A stretch of DNA of 56,006 nucleotides from Parcubacteria group bacterium LiPW_41 (GTDB lineage: Bacteria > Patescibacteriota > Minisyncoccia > UBA6257 > GWB1-50-10): contig VMEM01000006.1 in the NCBI GenBank assembly GCA_007375535.1, positions 1-56,006 on the forward strand. The letters run 5' to 3'. The position numbers were made by a program, and so were the translations under genes. The notes beneath the pieces were generated by a model. It had not been told where the DNA came from and did not search any database. It was given only the letters and a program-made list of their open reading frames with translations. Positions 9,675-17,760 of this stretch are shown piece after piece (position 1 is the stretch's first letter; each line of letters opens with the position of its first letter).

Positions 9675-9756
9675 TGCGCGGGAGAGGATTTGAACCTCCA
9701 AGCCTTGCGGCGCTACCACCTCAAGGTAGTGCGTCTACCAATTTCGCCACCCGCGC
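9675..9756 (-). tRNA. tRNA-Leu(GAG)
   Basis: Acceptor stem GCGCGGG/CCCGCGC, anticodon arm CTACC-TTGAGGT-GGTAG, long variable arm, GGTTCAAATCC T-arm; CCA not encoded. Confidence 0.96.
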
Positions 9757-9826
9757 ATATATAACTGAATTAGTATACAAAATGTCTGAAAATAGTAAAC
9801 CCCTCATTTAAGAGGGGATCAATAAA

Positions 9827-10105
9827 TTAAAACGCTGAAATTTCTATCCGGCGAGTAACCAAGTCACTCAATATAAGTTTCACTCGCCAACCAATCTGGT
9901 CGTGAAGATTCTTGGTACTTTTAAACCATGCCGCAACAGCAAGACATACATTTTTACTTTCATGCTCCAAAACAAAAGAACATCTTAGCTCTTCTGATGC
10001 TTCTAATTCAGCATTAATTTTTTCTATGATTTCATCAACTCGATCTTTCTCGGACTCAGTCAATCGCTTTGATAAAATATCAGTTATCAATACTGGTCTG
10101 GCCAT
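9827..10105 (-). CDS. Hypothetical protein
   Basis: AGGAG SD, upstream TTGACA at 10154-10159, terminator hairpin at about 9800-9817. Confidence 0.72.
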   Translation of the reverse strand: MARPVLITDILSKRLTESEKDRVDEIIEKINAELEASEELRCSFVLEHESKNVCLAVAAWFKSTKNLHDQIGWRVKLILSDLVTRRIEISAF

Positions 10106-10217
10106 TTTTTCTCCTTTTTAATGTTGATATTATTTTGCTATATATAAATAACCTTGTCAATATAAGCAAATAGTAAACCCCTCCATAGAGAAGGGGTTGG
10201 CTTTTATTTTCGCCGAA

Positions 10218-10274
10218 TTAGTGACAAAGCCCTATCGGAATCAATAATTCGGCAATCAATATTTCTTTTAACAT
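10218..10274 (-). CDS. 18-aa peptide MLKEILIAELLIPIGLCH
   Basis: AGGAG SD within a 14-nt leader identical to that of the 10603 gene; terminator at about 10178-10198. Confidence 0.4.
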   Translation of the reverse strand: MLKEILIAELLIPIGLCH

Positions 10275-10312
10275 CTTTGAACTCCTAATTGTTTTTTAAA
10301 AAAAAGAATTTT

Positions 10313-10603
10313 TCAAAATGTTACAAAAACATTTAAATCAATTTTGCCGTCTGAAAATTTCCTATATTTTCCCGAAGCATTCCAACCGGCAGCAGCAAGA
10401 GTCGCAACAATAAAATCAGTATAAATAACTGCGTCATCAACCTTAACAACCCCACAAGGAACTTCCAAGCCATTTTTTAAATCTTCCAATGGGGCTTGAC
10501 CAATTTCTCCATCAATAATAGCTAAGTCGATCTGTGCCGCTGTCCAATCTCTCTCTGTCATTCGGCGCTCAAGAAATCCTATTTTTGTTACAATCTTTAC
10601 CAT
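10313..10603 (-). CDS. Hypothetical protein
   Basis: AGGAG SD and consensus promoter 10633-10661. Confidence 0.75.
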   Translation of the reverse strand: MVKIVTKIGFLERRMTERDWTAAQIDLAIIDGEIGQAPLEDLKNGLEVPCGVVKVDDAVIYTDFIVATLAAAGWNASGKYRKFSDGKIDLNVFVTF

Positions 10604-10632
10604 TTCAAACTCCTAATTGTTAATGTAAGCCA

Positions 10633-10677
10633 ATTATAGCACTTACTATTGACTTTGTCAATATAGTATGATATAAT
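10633..10677. promoter_or_regulatory. Overlapping divergent promoters sharing a palindromic -35
   Basis: +: TTGACT 10649-54 -17- TATAAT 10672-77; -: TTGACA 10661-56 -17- TATAAT 10638-33; both have TGn extensions. Confidence 0.85.
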
Positions 10678-10711
10678 ATAAACACTTAAAAATTAAATAA
10701 GGAAAAGAGAA

Positions 10712-11164
10712 ATGAACGCAAGAAAATTCGTTCGTATACTAGTTCTCATCTGTTTGATCGGTGCGCCCGTCTGGTTCATTACCGATCAGTTCATCGTGAG
10801 CGCTAAAGTTGCTCATATCTGGGATCAATTTGAAACCCTTGTAGAAGCAAAAGAAAGTGGGGCAATTACTTCATATAATGGAAAAATCGATTCTTTGGTA
10901 AATGAGAGAAACAAGGTAGTAAATACCGAAGAATATGTTTTTCTTGGAAAATGGAGTACATATTGGGTTTCATTTGGAATATATTTTGATGCTTCATGGC
11001 TTTCAAAAGATGCAATGCAACTACTTGCTCGCATCGCAAACCATGGGGTAAACAATATATTTGATTATCCAATCATTGGATTTATCCTTTTATTTAAACC
11101 GCTTATATACACATTTCTCTGTTTTGTCTTTTATTGGTTGCGCAAACCCACCACGAAATCGTGA
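10712..11164 (+). CDS. Hypothetical membrane protein
   Basis: N- and C-terminal TM helices; terminator overlaps the 3' end (about 11145-11180). Confidence 0.75.
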   Translation: MNARKFVRILVLICLIGAPVWFITDQFIVSAKVAHIWDQFETLVEAKESGAITSYNGKIDSLVNERNKVVNTEEYVFLGKWSTYWVSFGIYFDASWLSKDAMQLLARIANHGVNNIFDYPIIGFILLFKPLIYTFLCFVFYWLRKPTTKS

Positions 11165-11213
11165 GTGGGTTCTTTTTTTATTTATTAGAAAACTTATTCA
11201 TTTTTTCACTCAT

Positions 11214-11241
11214 TTAAAATTTGAAATTTAGAACTTAAAAT
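11214..11241. repeat. Four tandem degenerate heptamers TTRRAAY
   Basis: TTAAAAT TTGAAAT TTAGAAC TTAAAAT. Confidence 0.7.
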
Positions 11242-11270
11242 TATTTCTGTTGTGGGCTATAATATACCCA

Positions 11271-11621
11271 ATGGTTAAGTATCTACCGTTTTTCAAACAC
11301 CATAAAATCTATACCGCACTTATTCTATTAAGTGTCGCATTTTCGATTGTTTCACTTTTTATAACCATCACAAACTACGGAGCACTTTCTGAATCAATAA
11401 TTATAAAATTTGATCAATTAAAGGGAGTGAGCGTATTTGGTGAAAAAAACAGTATGTGGGGGATTTGGCTTTTGGGATTTACCATACTCGGAATGAATGG
11501 GGTGCTTATGTATGAATTTTGGAATCGCGAACGATTTCTTTCGTACCTCTTTGCGGCCGGAAATGCGTTTCTTGCATTGATGGTGTTTGTCATCATCGCC
11601 GTGTTACTTTCAAATAACTAA
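11271..11621 (+). CDS. 3-TM membrane protein
   Basis: Three hydrophobic helices; TATAAT 7 nt before ATG 11271; coupled to rmuC. Confidence 0.75.
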   Translation: MVKYLPFFKHHKIYTALILLSVAFSIVSLFITITNYGALSESIIIKFDQLKGVSVFGEKNSMWGIWLLGFTILGMNGVLMYEFWNRERFLSYLFAAGNAFLALMVFVIIAVLLSNN

Positions 11622-12691
11622 TGAGCGCAATAGTACTAGTAATTTCAATATGCATTGTCTTGGTCATCGCGGTAGGCGTTGCCTTTGTTTTTATCATTCG
11701 ATTGTTAAAAAAACCACAACAAAAAGAAGACAACTCTTCGTTGTTGTTATTACAAAACCAAATCCAAGAACTTTCTCGGGCAATTGATTCACGACTTCAT
11801 GAATCTTCTCGGTTTATGCAAACACAATATGGCGAGTCACATAAAATTATTAAAGATGTAACTGATCGACTTGCAAAACTTGATGAAACAAACAGACAAG
11901 TAGTAGGGTTTGCCGACCAACTACAATCGCTTCAAGATATTTTAAAAAACCCAAAACAACGCGGAATTGTTGGAGAGTACTATCTTGAAACACTTCTGAA
12001 AAATGTTCTCCCTCCTGGAAGCTACGAGATGCAATATCATATGGGACGGGATGACGAAGGAAAAGAACTTATTGTTGATGCGGTAGTGTTTGTTAAAGAT
12101 AAAATTATTCCTATTGATTCAAAGTTTTCACTCGAAAACTATAATCGTCTTGTTGAAGAACGAGACGAGGTAGAACGCGCACGTCTTGAAAAAACATTTA
12201 TTGGAGATTTAAAAAAACGAATCGAAGAAACATCGAAATATATTAGACCAGAGCAAAATACAATGGAATTTGCATTTATGTTTATTCCACACGAGGCAAT
12301 TTATTATGATTTACTCATTAATAAAATTGGAGCATTAAAAGATGAAAATACTGAGAGCTTGATCCAGCGCGCAGCAGGGAAGTACAAGGTAATTATCGTT
12401 TCACCAACATCATTCCTTGCATACCTCCAGACAGTACTTCAAGGACTTAAAGCAATGCAAATTGAAGAATCTGCAAAAGAAATTCGAAAACGTGTTGAAG
12501 AACTTGGAAAACATATAGGTGCACACGATCAATTTATGCAGTCATTAGGGAAATCACTAGAGACAACAGTAAATCACTATAACAAGGCCTCGAAAGAGTT
12601 GGGGAAAATTGATAAGGATGTATTAAGAATTACCGGAACAAACACTGGGGTAGAACCTCTAACTCTCATAACACCAGAAAGAGATGAGTAG
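11621..12691 (+). CDS. rmuC: DNA recombination protein RmuC
   Basis: N-terminal TM + coiled coil, KQRG..GE..LE, D....IPIDSKF, FAFMFIP.E.IY, SPTSFLAYL. Confidence 0.92.
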   Translation: MSAIVLVISICIVLVIAVGVAFVFIIRLLKKPQQKEDNSSLLLLQNQIQELSRAIDSRLHESSRFMQTQYGESHKIIKDVTDRLAKLDETNRQVVGFADQLQSLQDILKNPKQRGIVGEYYLETLLKNVLPPGSYEMQYHMGRDDEGKELIVDAVVFVKDKIIPIDSKFSLENYNRLVEERDEVERARLEKTFIGDLKKRIEETSKYIRPEQNTMEFAFMFIPHEAIYYDLLINKIGALKDENTESLIQRAAGKYKVIIVSPTSFLAYLQTVLQGLKAMQIEESAKEIRKRVEELGKHIGAHDQFMQSLGKSLETTVNHYNKASKELGKIDKDVLRITGTNTGVEPLTLITPERDE

Positions 12692-13580
12692 TGATTTAAA
12701 ACAAAAGGTTCTTGAATTCATTTCGTTTTATGCAACGATGGGACGAGCAACTTCTTTAATGGAGATAAAAACTCGTGCGCCAATAAGTAATAAAATAACA
12801 ATCACAGACATATTGGATGTGTTAAGCGTCTTAAACAAAAAAGGTGACATAGCATTCAAAGATGGTTTTTATACAACAAGGGAACGCATAGCACTTTTAG
12901 AATCACGAACCACACAAGATTTTAATTTAGATAAAAAATGGGAACGTCTGCTTCGTGGCGCACAATGGTTTCACCACATTCCCTTCATTGATTTTGCCGC
13001 AGTAAGTGGGTCAATCTCATTCGGTGCAATTCGTTCGTCATCAGACTTTGATATTATTCTCGGAGTAAAGAAAGGAAGAATTTTTACTGCACGCTATTTT
13101 GCAAGCGCACTTTTTTCATTATTGCGAATTCGAAGACTTGATGATCTTGAAGCAAGTAGTCCAAATAAATTCTGCTTCAATCACATTGTTACACCAAGTA
13201 CTTATGAGAAAGAGCCACATAATTACTATAGATACGAATTATATAGACACATGATTCCTATTTTTATTAATGGGAATTCTTTCAATGATTTTATTGAAAT
13301 GAATAAATGGGCAAACATCTCACCTCTAAATATTGAACACGCGAAAGAAACACTAAGACATCCAAGTAAAATAAAAAAATATATTGAATCCATTCTCGAT
13401 GGACGAATTGGAAATTATATCGAACAGTATATTGCACGACCAATCGCAACAAAAAGACTTTCAAATTATATCAACCAAAAACAAACCAGGGGCAGGGTAG
13501 TAGTGAGCGATGAAGAACTTGAATTTCATTTTTCACTCAATTATGAGGAACAATTCTCTCATTTTTTAATTGAAAAATAG
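12684..13580 (+). CDS. Nucleotidyltransferase-fold protein
   Basis: GS...DxD motif (VSGSISFG...SSDFDII) after an N-terminal wHTH-like segment. Confidence 0.6.
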   Translation: MSSDLKQKVLEFISFYATMGRATSLMEIKTRAPISNKITITDILDVLSVLNKKGDIAFKDGFYTTRERIALLESRTTQDFNLDKKWERLLRGAQWFHHIPFIDFAAVSGSISFGAIRSSSDFDIILGVKKGRIFTARYFASALFSLLRIRRLDDLEASSPNKFCFNHIVTPSTYEKEPHNYYRYELYRHMIPIFINGNSFNDFIEMNKWANISPLNIEHAKETLRHPSKIKKYIESILDGRIGNYIEQYIARPIATKRLSNYINQKQTRGRVVVSDEELEFHFSLNYEEQFSHFLIEK

Positions 13581-13585
13581 GATGC

Positions 13586-13615
13586 AAAAAACCCACCCCG
13601 CTTGCGCGGGGTGGG
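13586..13615 (-). terminator. Intrinsic terminator with minus-strand polarity
   Basis: 10-bp stem CCCACCCCGC-TTGC-GCGGGGTGGG; U6 tract only on the - strand (A6 at 13586-91). Confidence 0.85.
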
Positions 13616-13671
13616 AAATGGAAGAATTTCCTTATGCCCTTGAGAGGCACTAGTAAATTCACTCACTCAAC
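13586..13671 (-). ncRNA. Candidate ~85-nt sRNA divergent from secA
   Basis: Lies between a consensus - strand promoter and a - polarity terminator; no ATG ORF; internal hairpin GAATTT..TGCCTC-TCAA-GGGCA..AAATTC. Confidence 0.6.
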
Positions 13672-13677
13672 ACTTGC

Positions 13678-13706
13678 ATTGTAGCATACATCTCTTAAAA
13701 ATGCAA
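13678..13706 (-). promoter_or_regulatory. Sigma70 promoter of the candidate sRNA
   Basis: TTGCAT -17 nt- TACAAT with TGC extension on the - strand. Confidence 0.7.
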
Positions 13707-13791
13707 GCCTTAATTATTGAGACTAGAACTATATTTTCCTCTATTTTTAAGATATTGCCTTGGGGAAACGATGTGGTACTATATACCCATA

Positions 13792-13895
13792 GCGGTATTG
13801 GGCGGCGCGGGCGACTACGGATTGCGCACTCGCTCAACAACATTGTTAAAATGGAGGTCACCACCGTAGTCGCCCTCGAATCCTAATACCGTTTT
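13792..13895 (+). promoter_or_regulatory. Structured 5' leader of secA (rod hairpin ending in a U-run)
   Basis: Stems 13792-802/13882-892 (G.U pairs favour the + strand) and perfect 12-bp 13809-20/13864-75; promoter TTGCCT..TACTAT at 13755-13782. Confidence 0.65.
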
Positions 13896-13908
13896 GTCTT
13901 ACACATTT

Positions 13909-16413
13909 ATGTCACTTTTTTCAAAACTATTTAAAACGGATGAAACAAAAGAGTTACGTGAACGCGTTGCTGAAATTTCTGCACTTGAGGCTGTTATTGA
14001 AAAACTTTCAGACGTTGAATTATTAGAATCAGCTCAAAAGCTAAGGGAAACAATTCAGTCATCTGATGATATTGAAAGAGCACTTGATTCAGCACTTCCT
14101 CGTGCATTTGCACTCACTCGCGAAGCAGCAAAACGAAAATTAAAACAACGACACTATGACGTTCAGCTCATCGGTGGAATTGTGCTTCATGAAGGAAAAA
14201 TTACCGAAATGTTAACAGGAGAAGGAAAAACACTCACTGCAACTTCAGCGGTATTTCTTAATGCACTCGGAGGTAAGGGAGTGCACGTGGTTACCGTGAA
14301 TGACTACCTCGCTCAACGTGATGCAATTTGGATGGGACAAATCTACCATGCACTTGGACTTTCAACTTCTTGTATAGTCCATGATAACGCATTTATGTAT
14401 GATCCATCATATGAAGGAACTGAAGCAGATAAAGAACGTGATGAACTGGGAAGTTTCCGCGTTGTTGAAAAATTTTTGCGTCCAATTTCTCGACGAGAAG
14501 CATATGAAGCAGATATTACCTATGGAACAAACCACGAATTCGGATTTGATTATTTGCGCGACAACCTTGTCTCCACGCTTTCAGAAAGAGTTCAACGTGA
14601 ATACAACTTCGCCATTATTGATGAGGTTGATTCGATTTTAATTGATGAAGCGCGAAACCCTCTCATTATTGCGGGGTCTGATAGTGAATCAAGTGGATAC
14701 TATAAAACATTTGCACGCATTGCAGAACGGTTAGTACCCGAAGAAGATTATTTAATTGATGAAAAACTGAAAACTGTTTCAATTTTGGAATCAGGAATTG
14801 AAAAAGTTGAACGTGAAATGGGTATTGAAAATATGTATACCCCAGAAAATGCACGGCTTGTTCATTTTCTTCAAGAGAGTGTTCGCGCTCGCGCATTATT
14901 TCATAAAGACAAAGAGTACGTTGTTCGTAACGGAGAAATTTGTATAGTTGATGAATTTACCGGACGAATGATGCAAGGACGAAGATATTCTGGGGGACTT
15001 CATCAAGCAATTGAAGCAAAAGAAGGAGTTCTTGTGAAAGAAGAAAATCGAACCTACGCACAAATCACACTTCAGAATTATTTCAGACTTTATAAGAAAA
15101 TTGCAGGAATGACTGGTACTGCACAAACTTCTGCAGAAGAATTTCATAAGACATACAAACTTGGAGTTATTTCTGTTCCACCAAATAAACCTACTATTCG
15201 CATTAATTATGATGATGTCATCTACAAGACAAAAGATGCGAAATATCGAGCAATAGCAAAGGAAGTCCGCGTACGACACGAGAAAGGACAACCAGTTCTT
15301 ATTGGTACAACATCTATTTCTAACAACGAAGATATTTCTCGATATCTTATGGAGGAGGGAATCACTCATGAGGTTTTGAATGCAAAAAACAATGAACGAG
15401 AAGGAGCAATCATCGCTCAAGCAGGAAAACTTGGAGCAGTAACTGTTGCAACCAATATGGCAGGACGTGGAGTTGATATTATTCTTGGGGGTATTCCATT
15501 TAATAAAGAGCTTGCAGAAAAAGTAAAAGAACTTGGTGGACTTCATGTAATTGGAACCGAGAGACACGAAGCACGCCGAATTGATAATCAGCTTCGTGGG
15601 CGCGCAGGGCGACAAGGAGATCCGGGATCGTCACAATTCTTCCTTTCTGTTGAGGACGACTTGATGCGCATATTCGGAGGCGATCGAATTGGGTCAGTAA
15701 TGCAAATGATGAATCTTCCTGATGATGTTCCGATTGAATCAAAGATTATTTCAAAAGCGGTAAACCAGGCTCAACAAAAAGTTGAAGGAAATAATTTTGA
15801 CCTCAGAAAACATCTTCTTGAATTCGATGATGTATTAAACAAACAACGTGGCGCCCTCTACGGACGCAGAACAAACATATTGAAAGCAGGGGAGAATAAT
15901 ACCATTCTTCCAATGGTTTGTGACCTTCTCGATTCATTTTTACACAATTATGAATCTGCAATTAAACACAGTACAGAGAATCTCGACGAAGAAGATATCA
16001 AAAAGCTCGAGGAAGCAAAAACACTTCGATCAAAAGTTCCCGAAACAATTGAAAATGAGCGAGCACTCATCATCGCACAACAACTCGTAAGGATTCTTGA
16101 TACATTGTGGATTGAACACTTGGAACATTTGGAATCTCTTCGCGATACAGTAAACTTGCGAGCATATGGCCAACATGAACCAATCGTTGAGTATCGCCGT
16201 GAGGCACACATCCTCTTTGAACGACTACTCCGTGCATTTGAACAAATAATATTTAATTCAATATTTCCAATATTTGAAATGGATATATCAAATATAAATT
16301 TCAACAAGCCAGCACGAAAAGTTATTCCTCCAACTGATGCAAAAGACATTGGAAGAAATGATCCTTGTTACTGCGGATCAGGAAAAAAGTACAAGAAGTG
16401 CCACGGTGCGTAG
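13909..16413 (+). CDS. secA: Preprotein translocase ATPase SecA
   Basis: TGEGKT, DEVDSILID, ATNMAGRG, QLRGRAGRQGD, C-terminal SEC-C GRNDPCYCGSGKKYKKCH. Confidence 0.98.
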   Translation: MSLFSKLFKTDETKELRERVAEISALEAVIEKLSDVELLESAQKLRETIQSSDDIERALDSALPRAFALTREAAKRKLKQRHYDVQLIGGIVLHEGKITEMLTGEGKTLTATSAVFLNALGGKGVHVVTVNDYLAQRDAIWMGQIYHALGLSTSCIVHDNAFMYDPSYEGTEADKERDELGSFRVVEKFLRPISRREAYEADITYGTNHEFGFDYLRDNLVSTLSERVQREYNFAIIDEVDSILIDEARNPLIIAGSDSESSGYYKTFARIAERLVPEEDYLIDEKLKTVSILESGIEKVEREMGIENMYTPENARLVHFLQESVRARALFHKDKEYVVRNGEICIVDEFTGRMMQGRRYSGGLHQAIEAKEGVLVKEENRTYAQITLQNYFRLYKKIAGMTGTAQTSAEEFHKTYKLGVISVPPNKPTIRINYDDVIYKTKDAKYRAIAKEVRVRHEKGQPVLIGTTSISNNEDISRYLMEEGITHEVLNAKNNEREGAIIAQAGKLGAVTVATNMAGRGVDIILGGIPFNKELAEKVKELGGLHVIGTERHEARRIDNQLRGRAGRQGDPGSSQFFLSVEDDLMRIFGGDRIGSVMQMMNLPDDVPIESKIISKAVNQAQQKVEGNNFDLRKHLLEFDDVLNKQRGALYGRRTNILKAGENNTILPMVCDLLDSFLHNYESAIKHSTENLDEEDIKKLEEAKTLRSKVPETIENERALIIAQQLVRILDTLWIEHLEHLESLRDTVNLRAYGQHEPIVEYRREAHILFERLLRAFEQIIFNSIFPIFEMDISNINFNKPARKVIPPTDAKDIGRNDPCYCGSGKKYKKCHGA

Positions 16414-16432
16414 GAATTGATAAAATAAAAAT

Positions 16433-16759
16433 ATGAATCAATCGAAAAATGTAAAAATCGTGGTATTTGTACCAGAATCGCATACGAATATAGTCCGCGA
16501 AACGATTGGAAAAGCTGGTGCAGGGAAGATCGGAAACTATACTTACTGCAGTTTTTCTTCAAAAGGTATTGGCAGATTCAAACCAGAAGAAGGTGCACAT
16601 CCAGCCATAGGCGAAGTTGGAAAACCGGAATCGGTCCAAGAAGAACGAATTGAATTTGTTTGCGACCGTAGTCTTGTAAAAGACGTTATTGCAGCCATAA
16701 AGAAGGTGCATCCTTACGAAGAAGTCGCACTGGATATATATCCATTAGAAGAGATTTGA
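16433..16759 (+). CDS. Stand-alone NIF3/YqfO PII-like domain protein
   Basis: KIVVFVP...AGAGKIGNY..CSF...G.F.P..GA.P..G...HPYEE.A.DIYPL. Confidence 0.85.
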   Translation: MNQSKNVKIVVFVPESHTNIVRETIGKAGAGKIGNYTYCSFSSKGIGRFKPEEGAHPAIGEVGKPESVQEERIEFVCDRSLVKDVIAAIKKVHPYEEVALDIYPLEEI

Positions 16760-16794
16760 TTCCTGCGGATAGGGGTTAAAGATCAAGAAGTGTC

Positions 16795-17214
16795 ATGGAC
16801 AGTAAAATTCCAAAAGCTTTACGAGAAGTGGGTTATGAAATGTACTGCGACGCAGAAAAGTTGGGGTCATTAGATATCCCTGTTGTGGAATTTGAAATCA
16901 AAGATCTAATATGGAATTTTGATCTCCCTCTATGGGGAAAGGATGGAGAAAGTTGGAATCTAACTCCATGGGACGTCATTAACAAAGCTCCAGGAAGCGC
17001 CAACCAACGGAAACGAGTGGAGAATGTTGATATGAGCTACCCGATATTAATTACCAAAGAGAATGAGAGGTGGCTCATCATAGATGGCGTGCATCGATTA
17101 GCAAAGGCACACCTAGATAATCAACAAACAATTCGTGCAAAAATAATATCAAAGGATTTAATTGAAAAATATCCATGGAACGCTGACTCAAAAAATATTA
17201 ATGAATCACGGTAA
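16795..17214 (+). CDS. ParB/Srx N-terminal-like domain protein
   Basis: YPIL...IIDGVHRL motif; no HTH, so not a canonical ParB. Confidence 0.6.
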   Translation: MDSKIPKALREVGYEMYCDAEKLGSLDIPVVEFEIKDLIWNFDLPLWGKDGESWNLTPWDVINKAPGSANQRKRVENVDMSYPILITKENERWLIIDGVHRLAKAHLDNQQTIRAKIISKDLIEKYPWNADSKNINESR

Positions 17215-17227
17215 ATAAAATTATTGT

Positions 17228-17734
17228 ATGGAGTATAACCAATTTCATCCAGAAAAAAAGGAAATTAAATCCATTATCACAGAAACGCTTTCTGCGGACG
17301 AATTACATAAAATTATTTATCAAGACGGGAGCATTCCAAAAGGAAAAAAGTTTTTAGATATAAAAGATGGGGGAGACTTCCAGTATTTTGATATAAGAAA
17401 ATTTGTGGATCGAGGAATTCATAATCGAAAAATGTTCTATCCTATAGTACGCACCAATAAAGAAATTGTTGGAATTTGTGAGCTAGAAAAAAGCCCCTAC
17501 AGAGAAAATACTTATTGGATATCATTTATGTCAGTGAAAGAATCTGAGCAAGGAAAGGGTTACGGATCAAAACTAGCAGAAGAAACATTTCGCTTCGCAA
17601 AAGAAAAAGAGATAACTATTGAGGGATCAAGATACACAAATATGGGAAGAGAAAAATTAAAATCAAAATATAAAGAACTCTCTGAAAAATACGGAGTTAC
17701 ATTTATTGATTCAGACGACAAACACAAAATATAA
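17228..17734 (+). CDS. GNAT-family acetyltransferase
   Basis: Acetyl-CoA motif SVKESEQGKGYGSKL. Confidence 0.75.
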   Translation: MEYNQFHPEKKEIKSIITETLSADELHKIIYQDGSIPKGKKFLDIKDGGDFQYFDIRKFVDRGIHNRKMFYPIVRTNKEIVGICELEKSPYRENTYWISFMSVKESEQGKGYGSKLAEETFRFAKEKEITIEGSRYTNMGREKLKSKYKELSEKYGVTFIDSDDKHKI

Positions 17735-17735
17735 A

Positions 17736-17760
17736 CCCCTCAAAAGAGGGGATTTATTTT
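17736..17760. terminator. Terminator between convergent GNAT and NUDIX genes
   Basis: CCCCTC-AAAA-GAGGGG followed by a T-rich tail. Confidence 0.75.

Noticed and set aside
13488-13495. KOPS octamer GGGCAGGG oriented toward the dif-like site
   Set aside because: One occurrence inside a CDS; not enough to infer polarity
13667-13886. ORFs 13667-13864 (-) and 13674-13886 (+)
   Set aside because: They run across two promoters and the structured secA leader; an RNA/regulatory reading explains the sequence better
13792-13892. SRP (4.5S) RNA identity for the secA leader rod
   Set aside because: Lacks the helix-8 GNRA tetraloop and the conserved CAGG/AGCAG internal loop
16795-17214. Chromosome-partitioning parB
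   Set aside because: Only the N-terminal ParB/Srx motif is present; no HTH, no parA, no parS seen
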